Position numbers and translations under genes: made by a program. From a virus, in IMG/VR virus record IMGVR_UViG_3300037454_000146, positions 32,001 to 96,000 of that record: DNA of 64,000 bases; one strand, given 5' to 3'. Shown piece by piece: positions 46,258 to 55,115 of the stretch. How positions within the stretch are numbered: position 1 is the first letter of the stretch; each line of letters opens with the position of its first letter. The notes under the pieces were generated by a model. That model did not search any database. It was not told the DNA's origin and saw nothing but the letters and a program-made list of their open reading frames with translations.

Positions 46258-49113
46258 TTAGCCGATTTTTTGCTTAAAATAGTCATAATTGAATAATCTT
46301 ACGCAGTTTTCGCTACTCTTTTTTGAGAGCTTATACTGCTCGTCAGAACTACTTCTTATCATTTCATACAGGTCGGCATTGCCTGTTGCAAACAACGTGT
46401 CAAAAATTGTTCTGGCAAACCCCGCATTCTTATCTTTATCAATTTCCCTAAGAAGAAGATACATTTCTACGTCGTTTAAATGAATGTTTGCAATATAGTC
46501 TACACAGCGACTTCTGATTTCTGCAACTTCTTTAATTATAAGTTTCTTTTCGTCCTTAGTCTTATCGGCATATCCGACATAAGCACTTTGAATATTTTCT
46601 CTCATCCCCTTAATCTTATTTATAATCTCATAAACTTTATTATAAAGGCGAGAGTTTGCTTTGCGCCAATCTACATCCATAGGCTTAATAATCTCACAGA
46701 ACGGCAAATTTTTTGCTTCAATCTTGTCAGCTCTAAATTTATCAATTGCCTTTTGTAAGTAATCCATAGATGTTTCAAACTGCCTGTAATGCTGATTAGG
46801 ATTAAGTGTATATCCGTTTCCGAGGGTGATATTGCGGAAGAAAAGCGGTTTCGTAAATCTCTCTTTGCCATTAATTTCAGTATAGATGCCGTACTTTTCT
46901 TTTAATATTGTAAGCATTTTTGACGTATCAACATCAAACATCTTCTTGGCTCGGTCAATCTCAGAACCGCTGGCGGCACTGAGTATACAAATATCATCAT
47001 ATAATTTATGTTGATGTAGAATCGCTTCTTCATTTGGGACACCTTGTTTGACTTCATCATAAATGCGTTCCCACATTATTGAATTAAGATACTGCGATTG
47101 ATTAACAATCTGACCAATAAGGTTGACACTTGTATTTATATCAAGCTGCGCCTTTGATTTTGCGTCATAAGTCCACTGAATCTTCTTTGCCTCAATGAAA
47201 CTTGTAGGAACTCTAAACTTATCGTAATTTTTCTTAGCGGCATTTATAAGGACTTCATTGTCAGTCAAAAGAACCTGATCGCTGTCAAAATCCGCACCTT
47301 GAAGCCTTTGCAAAATATTCTCGCCAATACTATTTACATGGACAACCTCTTTACTTGATACAAAATATTTCTCATGCAACGAGCTTGCCACATTTTTTGC
47401 TAACAACACATCACCTGAATTAATGTGTGGTGATCTTGTACCAAGAACCATTTTGCCGTACTCGAATCTCTTTGTATGAATATTGCCAACTCCTAAAATG
47501 CTTTCACCCTTAAACGTGCCGATAGCAGCTTGCAACATTTCTATGCCATTGCCAATCAACGTTTCATAATTGCCACTAATCCATATATGCCCCTTGCGAT
47601 ATTCTTTAAGCATAGACTTCACAAGTTCTTTGCGGAAGTTGTCATACAGCTTTGTTTCCACAAATTTGCTATTCATGCCCATTACCTTCATTACAACCTC
47701 ATCACGATTAAGACAAGGCTCATCACTATCGGCTAAAGCATAAGGGTATTTGAGATGATAGCGCATTACAGCCGCGTCCTTGCGGATGAGATTAAGATAG
47801 TCAAAATTAGGCTTCAATAACGTCTGTATATCCTCACGAGTAAGTTGCAGGGAATTAAGTAGCTGATAGTGGCACTGAACCATTCTACCGTCAAGATACT
47901 TAGTGGGCTTCTCGTACTTTACTATTCCAAAAATCGGATAGAGATTGTCAAGCCATTGCTCAATAGTCCCAAACTTTACATACTTTATACTGGACGGAGT
48001 GGTAATAAGCTTTATATCTTCTATGCAAGTTGCTCTGGTGTAACCCTTGAGCTGAGAAACTTCTGTGATGCCATTATCCCTAAACCAGTCCTGTATTCTT
48101 ACCTTGAATGACGCACTCTTGAAGAAACGGTTGCGGAGGAGGAGCATCGTTCTGTCTGCGTAATGCTCATCATACATACTTACATCTAAAAGGCTCTGTC
48201 CGTCCCAAATACTATTCTTTATCTTGGCACGTTCCTCTTTGGCGACAAAATCTTCACCCTCACCATAAACCGCCACAACATCATCCACAAACTCGGACTC
48301 ATAATCATCAATAACAAGTATATTTTCAGGACGTATCTCAAGAGTGTCAATGCAACTACTGGAAGGCAACGAGATGTAGGCTTCAAATGCAGCGAGGTCA
48401 ATCTTGTCACCCTCTTTTATCTTCAAACCGCACAGTTCCCATTTGTGCATTGCAGGATAAAGATTTTCGTCTATAAAGAGACACTTACCAACGCGACTAC
48501 TTCCAGATGATCTCTTGTAACGCACATACTTTATACCGTTACAGATAAACCCATTCTCGTAAAGGTCAAAGCGCAGCTCCCCACGACTCATAAGCGTCGG
48601 TATGCTCTTACTAAGTTTGATCTTGCGATTGGTTTCATCATACACAAAATACTTCGGTACACCGTCCCACACCACAACTTCATCTTCTGCGACATCGCCA
48701 ACCTTTACACCAATACAAATTCCGTCCTTATAGAATGTTCTGTCGCCATACTTACCAATCTCTTTGATGTCTGCCATGCCATATCCGTCACGCACGTATA
48801 TGTCGCCGTGGCGATTCCACTCTTTATAGGCTAAGTCAAAGTCCACGTTAATAACACGCTGAGTAAATTCCTTGCCCAACTCCTTGTCGAAAAAGAATGA
48901 ACTGCGGTTATGGTAGTGCTGATAGGCGACTTCACGAAGTTTCATAAGATCAAGGCTGAAGTCAAGTGTGTTCTTCCAACGCTTCAGATTAGTATTGGTG
49001 TGTCCAAGAACCACTCCTTTATCATCTACCACAGGATTAACCAATCTCTTGGCTGCATAAAGATCTTTTGCCTCGCATGAAAGTATGTATACTGAATTTG
49101 TTTCCAATCTCAT
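46258..49113 (-). CDS. YonO-like single-subunit two-barrel RNA polymerase (cellular RdRP superfamily homologue)
   Basis: 951 aa. GTRSPHINSGDVLLAKNV...(about 45 aa)...LQGADFDSDQVLLTDN matches the R-x-P-x(4)-GD ... D-x-D-x-D arrangement of eukaryotic-type RdRPs and of the SPbeta YonO RNA polymerase. Only the catalytic region was recognised by eye. Confidence 0.6.
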   Translation of the reverse strand: MRLETNSVYILSCEAKDLYAAKRLVNPVVDDKGVVLGHTNTNLKRWKNTLDFSLDLMKLREVAYQHYHNRSSFFFDKELGKEFTQRVINVDFDLAYKEWNRHGDIYVRDGYGMADIKEIGKYGDRTFYKDGICIGVKVGDVAEDEVVVWDGVPKYFVYDETNRKIKLSKSIPTLMSRGELRFDLYENGFICNGIKYVRYKRSSGSSRVGKCLFIDENLYPAMHKWELCGLKIKEGDKIDLAAFEAYISLPSSSCIDTLEIRPENILVIDDYESEFVDDVVAVYGEGEDFVAKEERAKIKNSIWDGQSLLDVSMYDEHYADRTMLLLRNRFFKSASFKVRIQDWFRDNGITEVSQLKGYTRATCIEDIKLITTPSSIKYVKFGTIEQWLDNLYPIFGIVKYEKPTKYLDGRMVQCHYQLLNSLQLTREDIQTLLKPNFDYLNLIRKDAAVMRYHLKYPYALADSDEPCLNRDEVVMKVMGMNSKFVETKLYDNFRKELVKSMLKEYRKGHIWISGNYETLIGNGIEMLQAAIGTFKGESILGVGNIHTKRFEYGKMVLGTRSPHINSGDVLLAKNVASSLHEKYFVSSKEVVHVNSIGENILQRLQGADFDSDQVLLTDNEVLINAAKKNYDKFRVPTSFIEAKKIQWTYDAKSKAQLDINTSVNLIGQIVNQSQYLNSIMWERIYDEVKQGVPNEEAILHQHKLYDDICILSAASGSEIDRAKKMFDVDTSKMLTILKEKYGIYTEINGKERFTKPLFFRNITLGNGYTLNPNQHYRQFETSMDYLQKAIDKFRADKIEAKNLPFCEIIKPMDVDWRKANSRLYNKVYEIINKIKGMRENIQSAYVGYADKTKDEKKLIIKEVAEIRSRCVDYIANIHLNDVEMYLLLREIDKDKNAGFARTIFDTLFATGNADLYEMIRSSSDEQYKLSKKSSENCVRLFNYDYFKQKIG

Positions 49114-49167
49114 TCCTCCTCTATAACACTAACTACTTACCTTGTGAGCACAAAAACTAAGCGATTC

Positions 49168-49470
49168 TCAATAACCTTTACACATTTCTCGAAGATTTTT
49201 CTCTACCCGCTCCAGCTCGTCAATGTAATTTCTGATAGTCTCTATCTGTCCGCCAGCCATTTTCTCTTTCACAAGAATCTCAGCCAGTCTCCGCAGCATT
49301 GCCGTCACCGTCTTGAAGTAGCCAACCTCATCCTGTTTGATCACGACCTCTCCACTGTCAACGCCGACTTTGCCAAACACTCCTTTTGCTTTCTCATACT
49401 TATGAACGAGCACATATTGGAACTCATCAATTTTGAAATACCAGCCGTCTAAAATTTTAACCATTGTCAT
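49168..49470 (-). CDS. Hypothetical protein
   Basis: 100-aa ORF. Confidence 0.5.
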   Translation of the reverse strand: MTMVKILDGWYFKIDEFQYVLVHKYEKAKGVFGKVGVDSGEVVIKQDEVGYFKTVTAMLRRLAEILVKEKMAGGQIETIRNYIDELERVEKNLREMCKGY

Positions 49471-49555
49471 CCTCCTTATAAATTACTGTAAAATTCTCAT
49501 TCTGCGTTTTGCCATATAGTTTGACCTGCAAAGGTGTAGCGTGGCAAATTTACAG

Positions 49556-49774
49556 TTAGTTGTCAGTATAAAGACATATTTCTCCGTCACGTAGCTTCTG
49601 CAAGAATGCCAAACCCATTTCTTCCGAAATGTCCGACAGTCTTGTTTTGTCATAATAATCCAACAGAGCACTATAAGCGTCAGTCTGCGCCTCATCTCTG
49701 GAATATGCCTTTATTGCAATAGTTGTTTCGTGCGTCACTGTCCCACCAACTCCTTTATCGAATAAAAATCGCAT
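49556..49774 (-). CDS. Hypothetical protein
   Basis: 72-aa ORF; overlaps the upstream ORF by 40 nt, so the start is uncertain. Confidence 0.4.
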   Translation of the reverse strand: MRFLFDKGVGGTVTHETTIAIKAYSRDEAQTDAYSALLDYYDKTRLSDISEEMGLAFLQKLRDGEICLYTDN

Positions 49775-50001
49775 TTTGTTATATCTCCGTTACAGGAACA
49801 TGATTCCTGTTCTCTTGTGCCAATACACACTCCTTTACGCCAGCACTTACACTTTTGCTTACGAATCCACTCCATTGCCATATCATCAGTAATAGGGGAG
49901 AGGTCATTATCATCTATGTTGAAGTATTTTAACAACTTACGTAAAGCAGAACCTTTCTCGTCGCCCTGTTTCATTACGAGCTTCAGCACTTCAATCGTCA
50001 T
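49735..50001 (-). CDS. Hypothetical Cys-rich protein
   Basis: 88-aa ORF. Confidence 0.45.
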   Translation of the reverse strand: MTIEVLKLVMKQGDEKGSALRKLLKYFNIDDNDLSPITDDMAMEWIRKQKCKCWRKGVCIGTREQESCSCNGDITKCDFYSIKELVGQ

Positions 50002-50329
50002 GTGACCACCCTCCCAAATCTTCCAGTCTCAGTTTAGCAGCGTAAGCCGACAACTTAGTGGGGCAGCCCTCTCCAAAGGTTATATTGTAATAAGGACAAT
50101 CTTCGCAATCCTCATCGCCACGCACGCAGGTCACGGCGGCTCTCAAGGTTTCTATAAGCTCCTTTTTATAAGCATTGCGCTCTGCCTCTAACTCAAACAT
50201 CTCTTTCGCGGTTTCCTGCGCCATTGTGTCAACGGCTTTTAGATAACCCTCTCGGAACGCTTCTTCTTTTGCTTGTTTTATGTACGCCTGTATCTCAGGT
50301 TCAGTCATAAATTTACCGTCAATCCACAT
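49991..50329 (-). CDS. Hypothetical protein
   Basis: 112-aa ORF with a coiled-coil centre and a CEDCPYY...GC motif. Confidence 0.5.
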   Translation of the reverse strand: MWIDGKFMTEPEIQAYIKQAKEEAFREGYLKAVDTMAQETAKEMFELEAERNAYKKELIETLRAAVTCVRGDEDCEDCPYYNITFGEGCPTKLSAYAAKLRLEDLGGWSHDD

Positions 50330-50559
50330 TAAGACTCACCTCCAGTCTGCGGATAGTATTCCGAAGCCAAGTGTTGCTCTCTAACAGCAATATAAATGTT
50401 GTCTCTTAAAACTGCAAAAGCAATAGAACTTCTATTATCGTGATTTATTGCAACTATCATATCGTCCTCTGTCTTGATTTCGTCTATCCCATAGCTTTTA
50501 CACAATCCAGCCAAATCGGATAGAAAACCTTTGTGCACCTCTTTCAAAGTTTCTTTCAT
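50329..50559 (-). CDS. Hypothetical protein
   Basis: 76-aa ORF with start/stop overlaps to its neighbours. Confidence 0.5.
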   Translation of the reverse strand: MKETLKEVHKGFLSDLAGLCKSYGIDEIKTEDDMIVAINHDNRSSIAFAVLRDNIYIAVREQHLASEYYPQTGGES

Positions 50560-50563
50560 ATTA

Positions 50564-50746
50564 TCACCTACCTAAAAAACTTTCTATATTAGCACCACCT
50601 AAGAACATCATCAAAGAACCCCAAACAATCCAAAGCGTTCTTTGTAATTTGCCATTTTTGTTGGTAACATCAAGTCTGCTCCATAATATATTTATAGACA
50701 AACCTGAAATAACCTGAATAATACCAAGTATTATACATCGCATCAT
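50564..50746 (-). CDS. Hypothetical two-helix membrane peptide
   Basis: 60 aa with two hydrophobic segments. Confidence 0.4.
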   Translation of the reverse strand: MMRCIILGIIQVISGLSINILWSRLDVTNKNGKLQRTLWIVWGSLMMFLGGANIESFLGR

Positions 50747-51231
50747 TATTGTTCCTCCTCATCAAAAATAATCTCGTAAATGTTTGTGTCTTGATACTGC
50801 CCGTCAAAAAATCCGCTGCCGTGTAGATGTCCTACGCACTGTCCACCGTATTCCTCAACAAGTCGCCTATACAGCCTATTGGCTCTCTCATTGTTTGCCC
50901 AAGCCCAAAACTCACATCTGCGTATGCCATTAGCGACCATCTTATTGATGTCTACCAAACAATCTCGCACAAGATCGGCATTGTAATTCTTGAAGCCTAT
51001 AAGTCCAAAGTTGTACAGGCTCTTGGATTGCCAATCTATTTGGTATGAAAAGTAACCATCTATGTCGCCATTATCATCTAAGTGAACAAGGTCGTGTCGG
51101 TTTTCGTTATTGTCTGGGATTGTCAGCTCATACGCCGAGCCGCTAAAATAATACTTGTATCTTGGGTCGTACCAACAACCGATGAGCTTACGTTTAAGTT
51201 CTTCCTTATATAACTGCGCTGGGTAAAGCAT
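50746..51231 (-). CDS. GNAT-like acetyltransferase
   Basis: 161 aa. The segment FGLIGF...DLVRDCLVDINKMVANGIRRCEFWAWANNERANRLYRRLVEEYGG resembles the GNAT motif A / acetyl-CoA pocket region. Confidence 0.55.
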   Translation of the reverse strand: MLYPAQLYKEELKRKLIGCWYDPRYKYYFSGSAYELTIPDNNENRHDLVHLDDNGDIDGYFSYQIDWQSKSLYNFGLIGFKNYNADLVRDCLVDINKMVANGIRRCEFWAWANNERANRLYRRLVEEYGGQCVGHLHGSGFFDGQYQDTNIYEIIFDEEEQ

Positions 51232-51234
51232 TGT

Positions 51235-51378
51235 TCAATTCCACTCCTTTTGATATTCGTACCACGACTGACAACCCTGATATGTGTCGTAAGCGTCGTA
51301 GTCATTCTGTATGCTATCCGTGTACACATCGGCACACGGCTCTGTTATGGTCTGCCTGTAAGCTGTGTAGTCATCCAC
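51235..51378 (-). CDS. Possible 47-aa acidic/aromatic protein (GTG start)
   Basis: (M)DDYTAYRQTITEPCADVYTDSIQNDYDAYDTYQGCQSWYEYQKEWN, with AGGAGG 8 nt upstream of the GTG at 51378. Not in the ORF track, which shows a different overlapping frame at 51123..51335. Confidence 0.35.
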   Translation of the reverse strand: MDDYTAYRQTITEPCADVYTDSIQNDYDAYDTYQGCQSWYEYQKEWN

Positions 51379-51447
51379 CGTTTGCGCCTCCTTTCTAACT
51401 TTGTACTGTGCGAGGAAATAAAAATACCGTCCTCATCTTTCAAGAGT

Positions 51448-51476
51448 ATTATAACACTAATTTTCTACCTTGTCAA
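51448..51476 (-). promoter_or_regulatory. Conserved extended -10 promoter
   Basis: Minus strand reads TTGACA-aggtagaaaattagtgT-TATAAT. A near-identical cassette recurs at 53007-53035. Confidence 0.6.
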
Positions 51477-51490
51477 GAGCTTTTTTAAAA

Positions 51491-51817
51491 TTATTTTGAT
51501 TCTCCAACGACAGGGAACAAATGAATAGAAAGATTAGTAAATGGCTTTATTGCATAAAGATTTTCATTTGTTTTACGTAATTTCCAATCTTCTGACCATT
51601 CATTAAGATTATGTAACATATCTTTAGTATTATTAACAATTTCCATATACTTCACTTCAGTTTTAGCCTTTTCGGACAACTGTGCGTCACACCACTGACA
51701 GTAAAGCTCTCTGAGTTCTCGAAGCTCATCAGACTTCATACATCTCGAATGTATTTCCAAAATGCCCTCGCAAGTTTTTAAATCATGCTTTCTTATTTTT
51801 TCGTCGTAATAAATCAT
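51491..51817 (-). CDS. Hypothetical protein
   Basis: 108-aa ORF with an ATGA-type overlap to the upstream gene. Confidence 0.5.
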   Translation of the reverse strand: MIYYDEKIRKHDLKTCEGILEIHSRCMKSDELRELRELYCQWCDAQLSEKAKTEVKYMEIVNNTKDMLHNLNEWSEDWKLRKTNENLYAIKPFTNLSIHLFPVVGESK

Positions 51818-52734
51818 TATATCTCTCCTTCTTTAATTAAAAACGCATCACTTAACCCTGTAAGCTCCATGATTTTTTCTTTATTAGCAAAAACGCTATA
51901 CAATCTTGGGTTGACACATAGGAACTCCCTTAGTTTGTCGTTCTTAGTGTCTTTAACTGAAATAAGAATGCTACGAGTGTCGCCATTGCGATCAGGATAC
52001 TGTATCTTTAAGAGCTGATTTACGAATCGTCCCGAATGAGACACGTCAAGTCCGAGTTTCTCACATAATGTTTCAACAGTCATTTTTCGTACTTTGTCTT
52101 TGTCGGTTTCAAGAGGGTTCTCACACAAAACATTATAAGTGAGGTTGATATAAGGAACTATAACATATAAATAGCCGAGCATCTTATGCGACGATACCGT
52201 AGCATTCTCATAAAGGAATCTTACGGAATGAATAAATAACTTCGCAGCCACTTGGTTTTTATCTTTTGTCATTGTGCCTTTGCCAAACTTATCAAGTGGC
52301 AATCTAAATCCCACATCATCCTCTAATAAATAATTGTTTGCCCTTGCCTCTTTTAGGAAACGCATAAATGTTCTATTATCCAACTTCAAAACTTCTTGAA
52401 TATTTTGCCTCGTCATAATTCTTCCATTATCAAAAGCAATATAATTGTCCTTGTTGATGTAAGTTGCCAAATACACGAGGCGAGCCACTGTTGGGTTGAT
52501 GATATTTGTGAAGTTCACCTCTAAAGGAACATAATAATTCCACACATAAGTGCCGCCATCGCCTACCGCACTAAGGAAGTCTTTTCTGTCCTGTTTCTCA
52601 ATTTCAAAATGTTTAACTCCAAATTCTCTGCGAGCATCAATCTCCGCCTGAGACTGCACATTAACTACCTCATCATCTTGCACGGGCTTCACTAAGCCGT
52701 TCTTCATTACGACCGCTTCTATGTCATTAGCCAT
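51817..52734 (-). CDS. Putative replication initiator / winged-helix DNA-binding protein
   Basis: 305 aa and first gene of the leftward operon. It is next to a ~1-kb ORF-free, repeat-bearing region. Function is inferred from context only. Confidence 0.4.
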   Translation of the reverse strand: MANDIEAVVMKNGLVKPVQDDEVVNVQSQAEIDARREFGVKHFEIEKQDRKDFLSAVGDGGTYVWNYYVPLEVNFTNIINPTVARLVYLATYINKDNYIAFDNGRIMTRQNIQEVLKLDNRTFMRFLKEARANNYLLEDDVGFRLPLDKFGKGTMTKDKNQVAAKLFIHSVRFLYENATVSSHKMLGYLYVIVPYINLTYNVLCENPLETDKDKVRKMTVETLCEKLGLDVSHSGRFVNQLLKIQYPDRNGDTRSILISVKDTKNDKLREFLCVNPRLYSVFANKEKIMELTGLSDAFLIKEGEI

Positions 52735-52789
52735 TAAAAACCACCTTTCCTAAATTGTTTGCCTATTTATAGCCTTCTATCACCATTTT

Positions 52790-52835
52790 CGCCATTTTTG
52801 TCACTTTTTTTGGGTTTTCTCGCCATTTTTGTCAC
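52790..52835. repeat. Two 15-nt direct repeats CGCCATTTTTGTCAC in the leader of the initiator-like gene
   Basis: Copies at 52790-52804 and 52821-52835. They are candidate iterons or an operator. Confidence 0.8.
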
Positions 52836-53006
52836 CTACCAAAAATGCCCATACGCCCCTAAACATAGAACTAAACTGGTGATTTTTGAGGACTGTCACT
52901 CTTATAGTATATAGTGACCAAGTTGGGGTTCTCCACAAAGTGAATTGAACGTATCATTTCTTTCTCTGTCAGAGCATACCTACCCCGTGCTTCTCTCCTC
53001 AATCCC

Positions 53007-53035
53007 ATTATAACACTAATTTCTTACTTTGTCAA
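53007..53035 (-). promoter_or_regulatory. Conserved extended -10 promoter for the leftward operon
   Basis: Minus strand reads TTGACA-aagtaagaaattagtgT-TATAAT. Confidence 0.6.
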
Positions 53036-53806
53036 GCCCCTAAAAGAAAAAAAAATAGCCCTTACTGTAATAGTAGCCGAGAGTTCTTTGGTAGCCCATA
53101 ATAATAAATATTTATTTTTCTCTTAAAGGTTGCCCAACTCGTTCCGCAACGGCGAGAATTGAAGTAGCCACTACTCCGCAAAAGGCTCGTAAAAGTCGCC
53201 ATTCGCCCCAAAGCCCAGTATTTCGCCCAAAAGCAGGGATTCCGTCAGAGTTTGCTCCGCAATTGCTGGGATTTGCATCTTCTTTTAAAGGCTATAATAG
53301 GGGATTTGTCCGAAAATGACAGCGATGAAAAATGGCATAAATTTCGCAGACTTTAAAAATTTAATGGACAGTGCGATTCATCACCTATGCCCTGCCTGTG
53401 CTGCGGAATCAGCCCCTAAAATGTAAATATAGCCCCTGATCCATCGCCAAAAAACCGCGATATATAGCCAAACAATTGATTTGTCCAAATGCAATTGTTT
53501 AAATTCTTATTTTATTAAAGATTCTGTAAAGATTCAAGCTCCAAAATCAGTGGCGAAAAGGTGTAAACTGTTTTTGCTTTACAGGCTTGTAAAGTGGTTT
53601 TAGTTTACAGTTCGCAAAAATGACTATTAATGAAAAGTGAAGAAAATAAGAGTATTAACAATCATAGTCAAGTTATTTTACAATAAAATATGCAATTCCG
53701 ATTTGCTGGTAATAATTCACACTTTTAACAAAGTCTCTTTTTGTATTATAATGGTATTATATATAAAGGGCAGCCTGATATACAAACTGTAAAGCTTGTA
53801 ATATGC

Positions 53807-54031
53807 CTATTTATCGGCGTTTATGACATATTCTGATAGATCAATATTATTATGTATGCAATAGTTTATACAAGCAGTCATAAAAGCAGTACGATTTAGA
53901 TTATTCTTTTTAGCTCCTGAATCAATATAATTAACAATATGCGGTCTAAGATTCATTACAATGCGTTTATAATTATCTTTTATATACTTTTGGTCATATT
54001 TCTTTTTGTCAAATTTATTTTCTTTTTCCAT
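53807..54031 (-). CDS. Small ribbon-helix-helix-like regulator (candidate repressor)
   Basis: Start at MEKENKFDKKKYDQKYIKDNYKRIVMNLRPHIVNYID follows the RBS GGAGG. It is divergent from the operator-bearing early promoter. A similar N-terminal pattern occurs in the 61468..61809 product. Confidence 0.5.
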   Translation of the reverse strand: MEKENKFDKKKYDQKYIKDNYKRIVMNLRPHIVNYIDSGAKKNNLNRTAFMTACINYCIHNNIDLSEYVINADK

Positions 54032-54131
54032 GATCCAAGCCTCCAAACGCCTATTTATGGGCAATTATAAAGTTTGTGCAATTTTTTATTGTATTTTTTC
54101 AAATTTATGATTTTTTTGTGCTGATTTATGC

Positions 54132-54280
54132 ACTATGTACATAGTATAAGCTGATCCGCTTACATCCTGAAACAGCCGACAGCCTGAATTTGGCTAGTTA
54201 CCGTTTATGCACTATGTACAAAGTGTGCTATTGTTTGTGAGATATGCACAAATCGCCCAACTTGAAACTATGTACACAGT
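54132..54280. promoter_or_regulatory. Three operator sites with 14-bp core ACTATGTACAnAGT
   Basis: 54132-54145 is ACTATGTACATAGT, a perfect palindrome. 54211-54224 is ACTATGTACAAAGT. 54267-54280 is ACTATGTACACAGT and overlaps the rightward promoter spacer. Confidence 0.7.
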
Positions 54281-54290
54281 GTGGTATACT
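54262..54290 (+). promoter_or_regulatory. Rightward promoter of the plus-strand gene block
   Basis: TTGAAA (54262-54267), 17-nt spacer, TATACT (54285-54290). Confidence 0.6.
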
Positions 54291-54782
54291 AAAATCACAG
54301 AAGAACGAAAGACACAAACAAAGCGGTCAGACAAACCGCAAAACATAAGCCAGTAAAGGTTAGCCAGAGTGACCGACAAATGACAGTAACTTGAAAATTA
54401 AATAGCTCCGAATCGGTAATGTGAAAAGCCGATTGACCGCGAAAAGCTGAAAAAGCAAGTAACGCGATAATAAACAGCCGAAAAGCCTTGACGGGATAAA
54501 GAGTAACTACCTCAAAGTCAAACGCCGATTAAGTGAGATAAAACGCGGAACGCCTAAAGCAAGTACAAAGAATATAAATGGAGCATAACGTAACAAGAGA
54601 TACAACACGCCGATATTTTTTGAAAGTTTTTCACGGCAGTTAAGCCAATCAGAAAAACAGTACAAGTCTATTATATCACGCTTGACTGCACAATGTCAAG
54701 CGATATCTGCCAAACAAGTTCAAGAGCTTGCAAGGCAGTCCAGAACAAGCAAATTAAATTAATATTTTAAGGAGGCATCATT
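54291..54782 (+). other. Roughly 490-nt ORF-free, A-rich and T-poor transcribed leader
   Basis: No ORF with an RBS lies between the promoter and the first gene at 54783. Hairpins include GCGGTcagacaaACCGC, AATCGG...CCGATT and GCTTGACtgcacaatGTCAAGC (around 54680-54703). Confidence 0.5.
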
Positions 54783-55115
54783 ATGAAAGTTAATGTTACA
54801 AGAAAGTCTATCGCTCAGAACTATTATTGCAAATCCGCAGGATATTGTTCTTTACAGTATCTCTTTAGAGGCATAGAGCCTAACTTCTACACACACGGCA
54901 TTTACGGATGGAACTTCGACGCGTACACACACGGTAACAAATGCGTGACTACTGGATACCGTAACATGATAGGCGATTCAATCCCCTATGACGTATGCAA
55001 GAAGTATGAAGAATCCGCCGAAAAGATATGGAGCTATGAAAATAAAGCTACATATGACGAAAAGAGAAAAGCAGCGGATGAACTTCTTGAAAAGTTTTGG
55101 AATGAGGCATTCTAA
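54783..55115 (+). CDS. Hypothetical protein
   Basis: 110 aa, RBS AAGGAGG. Confidence 0.65.
   Translation: MKVNVTRKSIAQNYYCKSAGYCSLQYLFRGIEPNFYTHGIYGWNFDAYTHGNKCVTTGYRNMIGDSIPYDVCKKYEESAEKIWSYENKATYDEKRKAADELLEKFWNEAF

Noticed and set aside
51123-51335. 70-aa minus-strand ORF from the track
   Set aside because: It overlaps the GNAT start and has no RBS. A different frame (51235..51378, GTG start after AGGAGG) explains the gap better.
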